Shown here in pieces: positions 10,541-20,600 of a stretch of 64,000 bases of DNA. This DNA is from Candidatus Multivoradales bacterium. Its GTDB lineage: Bacteria > Acidobacteriota > Thermoanaerobaculia > Multivoradales > Multivoraceae. Numbering within the stretch: position 1 is the first letter of the stretch; each line of letters begins with the position of its first letter. Below the pieces are notes generated by a model that saw only the letters and a list, made by a program, of their open reading frames with translations, searched no databases and was not told the DNA's origin. Made by a program: the position numbers and the translations under genes. The stretch lies in assembly GCA_965223325.1 (NCBI GenBank), contig CBDCWI010000002.1, positions 1,888,001-1,952,000 on the forward strand, given 5' to 3'.

Positions 10541-11697
10541 GCTCGGAGTTTCCGCCCGGCCCGGGAGGAATCGGCACTCACGCCTACCAACTTGCCAGCA
10601 ACCTGGCCGCCGACGGCTGGCAGGTCGGCGTGTGCACCCCTCAGCACTACGCCGAGGAGCACGACATCACGGCCTGGAACGAACTCCAACCGTTTTCGGT
10701 CCACCGACTGGCCAGCCGGCTCCCCGGTCCCTTGAGGCTCCCCGCCGGTGCGCGCCAGATCCGGCGGGCCGTCCGATCGCTGCGACCAGAGGTCATGCTG
10801 GCGAGCGGCGACCGTGCCATCTACGCCGCTGCACTGCTGGCGAAGACCGAGAAGCTGCCCTGGCTCGCGGTCGAGCACGGTCGCGTGCCGCCCGCCGCTG
10901 AGCAATGGATCAAGCGCTGGGCGTTCGAAAGCGCCAATGCGATCGTTGGGGTGAGTTCGTACAGCCTTTCCCGGCTGCTCGAAGGCCTCGGGATCGAGTC
11001 GCCGCGAACCGAAGTCATTCACAACGGCGCCGACCCATCGGCCTTTCGAGTGCTGCCCGAAGAGGAAGGCAACCACTTCCGCTCTGACTTTGGGCTCGAA
11101 GGAAAGAAACTCCTGGTAACAGTCGGCAATGTCACCTCGAGAAAGGGCCAGGACGTGGTGATTCGTGCCATGCCCAGGGTGATCGAAAAAGTGCCCGATG
11201 CTCACTACCTGATCGTTGGCCTACCGACTCTCGAGGCTCAGTTCAAACGACTCGCCGGTGAGCTCGGGGTGTCCGCACACGTGCACTTCCTTGGCCGGCT
11301 GGACGATTCGAATCTTCTGCGCTGTCTCAATGCCAGTGATCTCTTCGTCATGACCAGCCGCCACACCGCCCTGGAGTTCGAGGGTTTCGGAATCGCGGTC
11401 ATCGAGGCCGCGCTATGTGGCAAGTGCGCCGTGGTCAGCGACGACTCAGGCCTCGTCGAGGCCATCGTCGATGGCGAGACCGGCCTCGCGGTTCCCATGG
11501 AAGACCCCGACGCGACAGCGCATGCCATCGTCTCGTTGCTCGGGAACGACAACCTGCGCGCCAGGATGGCGACCGCTGCCCATCGTCGTGCCGCTACCGA
11601 GCAGACCTGGGCCCAGAAGGTCAGAGACTACGGAAACCTGCTCGAGCAACTGGCCGAGGGCCAGACATCTCGCATGGCGGGGCGAAGCAGCGCGTAG
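10522..11697 (+). CDS. Glycosyltransferase family 4 (PimB-like)
   Basis: EFPPGPGGI, RKGQD and EGFGIAVIEA motifs; GGAGG RBS before ATG 10522. Confidence 0.9.
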   Translation: MRLAIVSSEFPPGPGGIGTHAYQLASNLAADGWQVGVCTPQHYAEEHDITAWNELQPFSVHRLASRLPGPLRLPAGARQIRRAVRSLRPEVMLASGDRAIYAAALLAKTEKLPWLAVEHGRVPPAAEQWIKRWAFESANAIVGVSSYSLSRLLEGLGIESPRTEVIHNGADPSAFRVLPEEEGNHFRSDFGLEGKKLLVTVGNVTSRKGQDVVIRAMPRVIEKVPDAHYLIVGLPTLEAQFKRLAGELGVSAHVHFLGRLDDSNLLRCLNASDLFVMTSRHTALEFEGFGIAVIEAALCGKCAVVSDDSGLVEAIVDGETGLAVPMEDPDATAHAIVSLLGNDNLRARMATAAHRRAATEQTWAQKVRDYGNLLEQLAEGQTSRMAGRSSA

Positions 11698-11736
11698 GCG
11701 ACGGGCGGAAACGGAGGCTCGCGATAGAGTCTCTCG

Positions 11737-13881
11737 ATGCACCAGAGAATCAGCTCGATCATCGTCCCGTGTGTACCGCTTCTCTTCCTCTTTCTCGCCA
11801 GCACCGGTCTCTCCGCCGAAGCCCCCGCGTTCACGGATGCCCAGGCAACCACCGGCCAGGTCGCCTACCTAGAGCACTGCGCTTCCTGCCATGGTCGGTC
11901 TCTTGGCGGCACTCACCTATCACCCAGCCTGGTGGGTGGTCACTTCGATCAGATGTGGCGTGGTAAGTCTCTCGATCTGCTCTCGTTTCATGTGCGCCGC
12001 ATGCCACCCGAGAACGCGCCCGACTACATAGCGCTCGACGCAGAAACGCACACCCAAATCGTCGCGTACGTGTTGAAGGCGAACGGTTTCGAACCTGGCG
12101 AGAAGGCAATGCCCAGCGATATGGCAGCGCTTGCCAAGGTGACCTTGCCGCGCCTGCCAGGGGTTGACTACGACCCGGACGCGCCGGTCAAACCTTCGCG
12201 ACGCCAGACCGCGACCCTCGCCAAACTTCCCGCGGTGACCAGCGAGATGCTGCGCTCTCCGGCACCCGGCGACTGGTTGTACTGGGGGCGTACTGCAGAC
12301 GGCCAGAACTCGAGCCCACTCGACCACATCAACCGCGAAAACGTCGCCCAGCTGCAACCGGCCTGGCGCGCTCCCCTACGCAGCGGCACCAGCATGCCGA
12401 TGCCGCTGGTTCATGGCGGCGTGATGTTTCTCCACACCTTCCCTGACACTGTGCTCGCTCTCGACGCCACCAACGGCCAGGTCTTGTGGCGCTACCAACA
12501 CAAGGTCAAGGGAGTGTCGAGTCAGAAGATGGGGATCGCTCTCTATGGCAACAAGGTGCTGGTGCCGACTTCCGATCTTCACCTGGTAGCCCTCGACGCT
12601 CGAACCGGCGCCCTGATCTGGGACCACGACATCCAGACCGAGTCTCCCAAGGGCGGCCTGGGGGGCTATCAACTGCGCAGCGCTCCGCTGGTTGCTGGAG
12701 GCAACGTGCTACAGGGCGTGTCGGCGAGCTTCGTCAAACGCGGCGGCTTCATCGTTGCGGTCGACATCGAGAGCGGCGAGGAGTCGTGGCGCTGGAACAG
12801 CATTCCACGACCCGGTGAACCGGGTGACGAGACCTGGAACGACGTGCCGATTGACCAACGCAGCGGTGGCTCGGTGTGGCATCAGGGGACCTGGGATCCC
12901 GAGCTCAATCTGGTCTACTACGGCGTCGCACCGACCTACGACACCGGCCCGCTTCTCGAGGCCGTCGACAAAGAAGGCGTCACCAACGGCGCTCTGTACA
13001 CCAACTGCACGGTCGCTCTCAATCCCGAAACCGGCAAGCTGGTCTGGCACTACCAGCACCTCGCCAACGACCAGTGGGACCTCGACTGGGCCTTTGAGCG
13101 CCAGATCGCCACTGTGACCATGGACGGCAAGGAGCGTAAGGTCGTCATGAACGCCGGCAAGATCGCAATTCTCGAAGCGCTCGACGCGGCAACCGGTGAG
13201 TATCTGTTCTCGCTCGACCCGGGTATCCAGAACATCGTCTCGGCGATCGATCCGGAAACCGGAGAGAAGACGATCGATCCCAAGCGCATTCCAGACCTCG
13301 AAACCTCGGCGCTGATCTGCCCGAGTCCCATCGGCGCGCGCTCCTGGCCGACCACCTCGTTTGACCCTAAGACCCAGCTCGCCTACCTGCCGATCACCGA
13401 GTCGTGCGTTACATTCGATCCGCCGAACGCATCGGCCGGTGGCTTCCGACTCCTGACCTCGGGAGTGACCATCGGCCCGGGCGTTCACCCCGACTCCGCC
13501 GACGGTAAAGTCGGCCGCCTGCAGGCGATGGATATTGGCTACCGCGAGCTCGCCTGGACTCACGATCAGGTGGCGCCGCTCTCGACCAGTCTGCTGGCAA
13601 CTGCCGGTGGGCTTCTTTTCTCAGGCGACCTCGAGCCGTCGATCAAGGCCTTTGACGCCAAAACCGGCGAGCAACTCTGGCGTGGCCAACTCGACGCCCC
13701 GCCGAGCTCGAGCATCATCAGCTACACCGTGGGCGACAAGCAGTACGTCGCAGTCGTCGTGGGAGTCAGCAACTTTCACATCGGTGGGCTCGCACAGGCC
13801 TACGAGGAGATCAAGAAGACAACCGAGGTGCCTGAGGCGCCACCAAATGGTGGTGCCGCGATCTGGGTCTTCTCGCTCTAG
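11737..13881 (+). CDS. N-terminal cytochrome c fused to a PQQ-dependent dehydrogenase
   Basis: Signal peptide, CASCH heme motif plus distal Met (RMPP), SPLDHINRENV, YQHLANDQWDLD, AFDAKTGEQLW, GDKQYVAV. Confidence 0.9.
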   Translation: MHQRISSIIVPCVPLLFLFLASTGLSAEAPAFTDAQATTGQVAYLEHCASCHGRSLGGTHLSPSLVGGHFDQMWRGKSLDLLSFHVRRMPPENAPDYIALDAETHTQIVAYVLKANGFEPGEKAMPSDMAALAKVTLPRLPGVDYDPDAPVKPSRRQTATLAKLPAVTSEMLRSPAPGDWLYWGRTADGQNSSPLDHINRENVAQLQPAWRAPLRSGTSMPMPLVHGGVMFLHTFPDTVLALDATNGQVLWRYQHKVKGVSSQKMGIALYGNKVLVPTSDLHLVALDARTGALIWDHDIQTESPKGGLGGYQLRSAPLVAGGNVLQGVSASFVKRGGFIVAVDIESGEESWRWNSIPRPGEPGDETWNDVPIDQRSGGSVWHQGTWDPELNLVYYGVAPTYDTGPLLEAVDKEGVTNGALYTNCTVALNPETGKLVWHYQHLANDQWDLDWAFERQIATVTMDGKERKVVMNAGKIAILEALDAATGEYLFSLDPGIQNIVSAIDPETGEKTIDPKRIPDLETSALICPSPIGARSWPTTSFDPKTQLAYLPITESCVTFDPPNASAGGFRLLTSGVTIGPGVHPDSADGKVGRLQAMDIGYRELAWTHDQVAPLSTSLLATAGGLLFSGDLEPSIKAFDAKTGEQLWRGQLDAPPSSSIISYTVGDKQYVAVVVGVSNFHIGGLAQAYEEIKKTTEVPEAPPNGGAAIWVFSL

Positions 13882-13909
13882 CTGGAGAGCTCCACGTCCG
13901 CACGAGCCC

Positions 13910-14674
13910 TCACGGCTTCGCGCCTTCCTCAGACGGTCTTTCAAACGCCGGTTTTCGCTCTCCCCGGTGACAGGTCCAGCAGGTCGGCGTTTCTTCGCCC
14001 TCGAACAGGGAACTGCCGACGGAATCGACCATCTGCAACATCGCTCGGGCCTTCTGCTTGCGCGCCTTCTGGTCACTGGCAGGGTCACTGCCGACGTGAC
14101 AGTCGCTGCAGAAGGCATCGATGGAAGTGGCGATGAACTCCATGGTGGGCTCGATCGAGCCGGCCGACCAGTCGCCGAGAACCTGGAGATTCGAATAGAC
14201 CCGAGAGGCAACCTTTCTGACCATGCGATGCGGGGCCGCGAAGGGATTCGCCGCGCGCCCAGCGGATGAAGCGTTCTCTCCAGGTGGTGCACGCTCCGGC
14301 ACCGGTGCCCCGCGGTGGCACGTCCAGCAGCGCACCGGCGCGCCCTGACCGGGGAAGTGGTCCTGGTTGATTCGCATCACCACGTTCCACATCTCTGGAA
14401 TCCGAGCGCGACGCTCCAGCTTCACAGTCGGCAGGTCGACGCTCGCAAGCGCCGCTTCGTCGTGGCAGTGTCCGCAGGGAACTCCCAGGTCTGTGCTGAT
14501 CTCGAGCATCAAGCGATCGAGCATCGCGGCCGACACCCCATCACCGGTGAAGATCTCGATGTTCTCGTAGTACTCACGCGCCGGCACGTTCTTCTCGTCC
14601 TGGCGGCCGTAGACCGCGCCGGCAACCAGCACACAGCTGGCGGCACCTAGACAAAGGACCCGGAATCTTCTCAT
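13910..14674 (-). CDS. Tetraheme c-type cytochrome (reaction-centre cytochrome c subunit-like repeats)
   Basis: Four CxxCH motifs (CGHCH, CWTCH, CSDCH, CWTCH) in two repeated units each starting YxNI/LxV/I; ATGA overlap with the MFS stop. Confidence 0.85.
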   Translation of the reverse strand: MRRFRVLCLGAASCVLVAGAVYGRQDEKNVPAREYYENIEIFTGDGVSAAMLDRLMLEISTDLGVPCGHCHDEAALASVDLPTVKLERRARIPEMWNVVMRINQDHFPGQGAPVRCWTCHRGAPVPERAPPGENASSAGRAANPFAAPHRMVRKVASRVYSNLQVLGDWSAGSIEPTMEFIATSIDAFCSDCHVGSDPASDQKARKQKARAMLQMVDSVGSSLFEGEETPTCWTCHRGERKPAFERPSEEGAKP

Positions 14675-15948
14675 CCTGCCGCTTCTTCTGCCCCAACAGC
14701 ACCTAGGGAGGGTGCCGCTTCCATGTCGCGCTGGAGATGTAGCCCCGCCAGCAGAAAGTGAATGGCTGACCACACATTGAAGAGCACCACAACCACCAAG
14801 GCCCAGCGCAGGCTGTCAACGCCCATTCGTGGCCCCAGAAGGTCACTCAACAGGCCGGTGAACCAGGGTCCAAGCCCCATGCCGATCAAGTTCATGATCA
14901 GAAACAGCAGACTGGAAGCAACCGCGCGCATGCGTGAGTTCACCAGACCATGCGTGGCTGCGATGGATGGGCCAAGAAACGTTCCGCCTAGAATGCGAGG
15001 CAAAAAGAGAAGCAGCATCGCCGCCTGAGCATTGGCAACCAGGTAGACCGGGATCTGGAGCGGCACGCTCAAGAGAATCGCAATCCCCGGAACCCACAAC
15101 ATCCAACGCGGGTCACGGGCGCCGAAGCGGTCGGCCAGCCAACCTCCCGAGAGGTTGCCCAGAATCCCAGCCACCGCCACGATCGGACCCAGCCAGCTAC
15201 CCACCACACCGGCCGACAGGCCATGCACCCGAATGAAAAACGACGGTGCCCAGTTGCCCGCGCCGAAGGCAACGAAGGCGTGCAGTGCGACGCCCGCTGC
15301 AAGATGGCGAAACGAAGGCCGGCTCCACAACAGCGAGATTACGTCCTTGAGACTGGGTTGCTCGACATCGCTGCCAGAGGGCGCAGCGGGGCGAGGCGCC
15401 TCCGGAACCGTGAACCGAAACCAGAGAGCAAGCAGAACCCCCGGCGCAGCCAGCAGGAAGAAGGCCCGGCGCCACCCTACGATGTCGTTGAGCCAGCCGC
15501 CAGCGACCAGGCCCAACAGAATGCCCAAAGAGATGCCGATGTTGTAGATCGACAAGACCGTCGCCCGTCGTTCCTTCGGAAACAGGTCCGAGAGCATCGA
15601 GTGTGCCGGCGGGCTGCAACCGGCCTCGCCAATGCCCACCCCGATGCGCGCCACCAGGAGATGCCAGAAACTCTGTACGAGCCCACACAGAGCCGTCATC
15701 ACCGACCAGGCGGCGAGCGCCATGGCAATGATGTTTCGCCGATTGCCACGGTCGGCGACCCTCGCGATGGGAACACCCATGATGGTGTAGAGCGCCGCGA
15801 AGGCGATTCCTGAAAGAACACCGAGTTGCCAGTCAGCGAGCCCCAGATCGGCCTTGATCGACTCCTGCAGAATCACCAACAACTGTCGGTCGAGAAAGTT
15901 GAAGGTGTAGACCAACACCAACAGAAAGAGCGTGTAGCGCGGCTTCAT
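14671..15948 (-). CDS. MFS transporter (spinster family)
   Basis: NFLDRQ, ADRGNRR, RIGVGIGEAGCSPPAHS; about 12 hydrophobic segments. Confidence 0.93.
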   Translation of the reverse strand: MKPRYTLFLLVLVYTFNFLDRQLLVILQESIKADLGLADWQLGVLSGIAFAALYTIMGVPIARVADRGNRRNIIAMALAAWSVMTALCGLVQSFWHLLVARIGVGIGEAGCSPPAHSMLSDLFPKERRATVLSIYNIGISLGILLGLVAGGWLNDIVGWRRAFFLLAAPGVLLALWFRFTVPEAPRPAAPSGSDVEQPSLKDVISLLWSRPSFRHLAAGVALHAFVAFGAGNWAPSFFIRVHGLSAGVVGSWLGPIVAVAGILGNLSGGWLADRFGARDPRWMLWVPGIAILLSVPLQIPVYLVANAQAAMLLLFLPRILGGTFLGPSIAATHGLVNSRMRAVASSLLFLIMNLIGMGLGPWFTGLLSDLLGPRMGVDSLRWALVVVVLFNVWSAIHFLLAGLHLQRDMEAAPSLGAVGAEEAAG

Positions 15949-16027
15949 GGGCAAAACCTGTGCTGGGAGTCCAAGCTTTGAACTCGAAACGGCGTCGCAG
16001 CGACCCGTTCGGAACTAGCGCGTCAGC

Positions 16028-17647
16028 CTACCGCGCCCCGGCACTTTCAGAAGACGCGCGACGAGTGCGCTCGAGAAAGATCCCCGGCCGGGCACCGGTC
16101 ATGTCCCCGTCTTCGAGCACCAAGGTGCCGTTGATCACGACGTGCACGACGCCGGCGGCATAGTGATGAGGGTCGATGTACGACGCCCGGTCACCGATTT
16201 CCATGGCGTCGAACACGACCACGTCGGCGATGTGGCTTTCGGCAACCAGGCCGCGCTCCACATGCCCATACCAGCCAGCCGGTAGCGCCGTCATCTTCCG
16301 AATCGCCTGTTCGAGGGTGAGGACACCCTGATCGCGCACGTAGTGCCCGAGGACCTTCGGGAACGAGCCGTAGCTGCGTGGGTGCGGGTGACCGTCGCCG
16401 GGGGTGACCAGGTCACCATCGGTTTCGAACATCGAAGTCGGATGCTGGATGATACGGCGCGTATCCTCCTCGTCCATACCGTGGAAGATGCCGATGAAAC
16501 CACCCGCGAGCTGCAGTTCGATCAGCGCCTCGACAGCGCTGGCAAGCGATGCCGTTTGCCCGCGAGCGGCAAGAAAGTCGGCCAAGGTGCGACCGACCAG
16601 ATCGGGATGGCCCGCGACCTCTCGAAACTGAATGCTCTCGGGACCAGCTCCGGCCTGCTGCCGGAAGCGCACCGTCATCTCCTCGACCAGTCGGCGACGC
16701 GCCGCCGGGTCGGCGACCCGCTCGGCAAAGGCACCTTCTCCACCGGCCAGCACCCAGGGCGGAAACATCAGGTCGGAGTAGGTGCTGTAGGCCGTGTATG
16801 GGTAGACATCATGCGCTAGCTTGAGACCTTCAGCCAGTGCCTCGTCGATCAGGGCGAGCGTTCTGGTTGCCCAACCGAACTGGTCGGCGCCCGTGACCTT
16901 GTGGTGGTTGATCTGCACGGGAATGCCAGTGCGGCGCGCCACCTCGAGCGTTTCCTCGAAGGCATCGAGCACCCCTGGGCCTTCGTCGCGCAAGTGGGTC
17001 GTGTAGATGCCGCCGAACCGTTCAGCCACCTCGGCGAGCGCCACGATCTCATCGACCTTGGCGTAGGCGGCGGGCACATACTCGAGCCCGGTGGAGAGGC
17101 CGAGCGCCCCCTGTTCCATCGAGCGTTCGACCCAGGCAACCATCTCTTCGAGCTCGGCGGGCGTAGGGTCTCGATCATCTAACCCCATCACCTGCTGGCG
17201 AATCCAGGTGTGGCCAGCGAAGAGGCCGATGTTGGGTGCCGGCCGCACACGCTCGCGGTAGGGCGCGAAGGGAAAGACCTGCTCCTGGCTGTGCAACGAC
17301 GCCATGATCGTGGTGATGCCCTGGCGAATGAAATTCTCGGCTAGCGGGTGCTCTTCGAGAGTGACCAGATGGGCGTGGTTGTCCCAGAAGCCAGGCGCCA
17401 CCGTGAGACCGGAAACGTCGATCACATGCTTCGCCTGGCCACCCGAGAGATCGACACCGACCGCGACGATGCGATCACCGGCGATCGCGACATCGGCCCG
17501 TCGCGATGGTTCGCCCGTCCCGTCGACGACGGAGCCACCGACAAGCAGCAGGTCGTAGGCCGGCTCTTCTTCCTGGGGCGAAACGCTACAGGCAGCCGAA
17601 AGCCAGGCCAAGACCAGGGCAAGTGGCCAGCGGCACCTTCGCTTCAC
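16028..17647 (-). CDS. N-acyl-D-amino-acid deacylase family amidohydrolase (lipoprotein)
   Basis: DGTG, VAPGFWDNHAH, GLSTGLEYVP, DVYPY, HPRSYGSFP, AIRKMT; lipobox LSAAC. Confidence 0.9.
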   Translation of the reverse strand: MKRRCRWPLALVLAWLSAACSVSPQEEEPAYDLLLVGGSVVDGTGEPSRRADVAIAGDRIVAVGVDLSGGQAKHVIDVSGLTVAPGFWDNHAHLVTLEEHPLAENFIRQGITTIMASLHSQEQVFPFAPYRERVRPAPNIGLFAGHTWIRQQVMGLDDRDPTPAELEEMVAWVERSMEQGALGLSTGLEYVPAAYAKVDEIVALAEVAERFGGIYTTHLRDEGPGVLDAFEETLEVARRTGIPVQINHHKVTGADQFGWATRTLALIDEALAEGLKLAHDVYPYTAYSTYSDLMFPPWVLAGGEGAFAERVADPAARRRLVEEMTVRFRQQAGAGPESIQFREVAGHPDLVGRTLADFLAARGQTASLASAVEALIELQLAGGFIGIFHGMDEEDTRRIIQHPTSMFETDGDLVTPGDGHPHPRSYGSFPKVLGHYVRDQGVLTLEQAIRKMTALPAGWYGHVERGLVAESHIADVVVFDAMEIGDRASYIDPHHYAAGVVHVVINGTLVLEDGDMTGARPGIFLERTRRASSESAGAR

Positions 17648-20600
17648 GGTTCTTCGACCGCCCCGAGGCCAGTCAAGCCGCCACCAGGGCCAAGGCTCGT
17701 GGTGACCCGGAAGCGGCGCGTGCCGTAATAGGCGAAGTACTCGAGCGCCGTATCGTCACCCTCCGGCTCGCGACGGAGCAGTGACAGCCGGTCCGGGCGG
17801 CCGAGTCCAGCGAGGGCGCTCTCGAGCCCCGCCTTGACGCGCGGGAACATCGTGCGTCGCAGAAACTCGAAGTCGCTCTGCGTGAGCGCACCGTCTGCCG
17901 CCTTCTCCAACATTTCGCCGAGGAGCGCGGTCGCACGAGGATCCGGGTCGGCGATGACTTCGGTCGCTGGCGGTTCGGGCTCGAGGTCGGGATCGACCAT
18001 CGCCGCCACTTCAGCCGCGAGGGTGATGGCGGTCAGCGACCTGGCGTTGGTAAGCACGATCACCGCCAGGTCGTCCTCGGGCAGATCGCCCCCAGGAAAC
18101 CGCGAGTACTGGGCGACAAAGCCTTGCCACGAGCCGCTGTGATGAAGGTGCGGGTGGCCGTTGACCGTGTCGGTGAACCAACCGAAGCCATAGGGAAAAG
18201 TGTTGCCACTCGGAAGTTCCATCGGAGATTGCATGGTCTCCCAGCTGAGCGGCGCAAGGACCCGGCGCTCACGAACGGTCCGATCCCAGGCGATCATGTC
18301 GCGCAGCGAAACCAGCATCGACCCATCAGCCGTCGTATTGAGGCCCGGTGCGACCCACCCGGCATGTCGCCAACCTTCTGGGCTGGGCAAGTAGCCCCGG
18401 GCTCGACCGTAGAGAGCGTCGGGCTCGTTGTTGACCTCCGCCGTCGCCATGCCGGCGGGAGCGAAGATGCGTTCGTCGATGAATTGCCAGTACGGCTTGC
18501 CGACCAGACGCCCTATGGTGATGCCCAGCACCACGTAGCCGGTGTTCGAGTAGTTGAAGCGCGTGCCGGCGGGGAACTCGAGCTCGAGCTCACTGGCAAA
18601 GCGCAACAAGTCTTCTTCGCTGTAGTCGCGGGTGTAGTCGAAGCCGTCACTGGTCCAGTCGGGGAGCCCCGATGAATGACTGAGTAGATGCCGCAGGGTG
18701 ATCGGCTGCCAGGGCTCGGGCGCTTCCGGAAGGTAGGTGCGAATCGACTGGTCGAGATCGACGGTGCCCTCTTCGGCGAGGGCGAGAACTGCCGCGGCGG
18801 TGAACTGCTTGCCAATCGAACCGGCCTGAAACAGGGTGTCGACATCGACTGGCGCGTCATGCTCGAGGTTCGCGGTGCCATACCCCTTGGCGTGCGTCAC
18901 GCGGCCACCCTGCACCACCGCCATCGCAAGCCCCGGAACTCTCCCCTCGCGCATGCGCTGGCGGGTCAAGCGATCGATGCGCGTTTCGAGCGGCAGGGAT
19001 TCTTCCTCGGTTTTCAACCACCACGGACGCTCGAAGGCCTGCTCAACCGGCCAGACCTGATCGAGAGTTCCAGCGTCGTAGAGCACGCCGTTCTTCATCA
19101 CCAGAGAAACCGCCGTCGTATTGCGGATGTCGTCGAGTGGATCGAAATCAAGCACCACCAGGTCGGCGAGCTTCCCTGCCTCGACGCTCCCCAGGTCCTC
19201 TCCCAGGCCCATCGCTTCGGCACCGCGCAACGTTGCGGACCGCAAGACCTCCAGTTCCGCCATGCCACCGTTCGCCAGGAGTTCCATCTCCCAGTGGGTC
19301 GACAGCCCTTGCACCTCGCCGTGGCCGCCAATCGCAACGTTGCCGCCTGCCGCCGCAACGCGCCTGGCTCCGTCGGCAACCTCGCGGTCGTTGTAGTCCT
19401 CTGGCGGAAACCACAACAAACGCCGCGAAGTCTTCTCGAAGAGCACACCCGGAGGGAACCAACGGGACAATCGCGGGTCTTCGTGCGGGCGTTTCTCGGC
19501 AAGTAGACGGTAGATCGGTAGAGCACCGCCAAACGACACCACCAGGGTCGGCGTATAGGTAATCCCGGTGCGGGCCAACAACTGCACTACATCGTCGTAG
19601 ATCGGCGCGGTCGGCAGAGCGTGCTCGATGCCGCTGTAGCCGTCCATCGCATGGGTGAGGTTGGCCTTGCTATCGGCGGCGCCTTCGGTCGTTGGCATCA
19701 TGCCGAGCTCGCGGCTGGCCTCGACGATCCAGGCGCGTTCCCGGCGACTGCCGGCGATATAGGACTTGAGCAGATGAGTTCCGAAACGTTCACGGTACGG
19801 CACCAACGCTTGTTTGACGGCATCGTAGGAGCCGAAAGGCTGCGTTGTGTAGTGACCGCCGAAGCGCCCCATGGCAAACGCCGGCCCGGTCGAGAAAAGG
19901 CGCGGCACCGGCGCTGAGCTCGTATTGGCCATGTCGGCGAGGGTGAAGATGTCGGGCACGGACTGCGGATTGCGCAGCGAGGTGACTCCGTACGAGAGGT
20001 TGGCCAGAGCCCACGAGGTCTCGAGCTGCAAAATGTCGTCTGAGGTCTGGAAGTGAGCGTGCACGTCGATGAATCCAGGCACGATGACCTTGCCGGCGAC
20101 GTCGATGATCCGTGCCCCCTCGGGTAGTTCGGGGGCGGCGCCCGGAGCGGTCGCTGTCACTGAAACGATGCGGTTGCCAGTCACGACGACAAGAGCGTTA
20201 TCGATGACCTCGTCGTCCTTCATCGTGACAACGCGCGCGCCGCGCAGAACCACCGTGCCCGGCGGACGAACTCGCGGAGCGGTGATGTCGAGGTCAAGGG
20301 CTGCCTTCTCGGTCTTGGAGTCGCGAGACCAACGCTCGACGTCTCGGCCGGTGACGAAGAGCGCCGTCTCACCGTCGGCCGACCAGGTGAAGGTCGTAGG
20401 CAGGGACCGCGCGAGCACCATGTCGCCGGCCGCACCTTCACCGAGAGTCGCCGGGTCGATCGTGCGCGGTTCGCCGTCCGCGAGCTCGAACGGAAGAAAC
20501 ACCAGACGCCCCCTACTCGAGAATGGGCTCGGTGAATCCGGCAGGGCAACCAAGAGTCCCTTGCCGTCGGGGGCGCAGCGCCAGCGGGCCAGCGCGGTGA

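Noticed and set aside
13910-14674. Evidence of phototrophy
   Set aside because: No pufLM, psc or bch genes in the window; the cytochrome repeat alone is not diagnostic.
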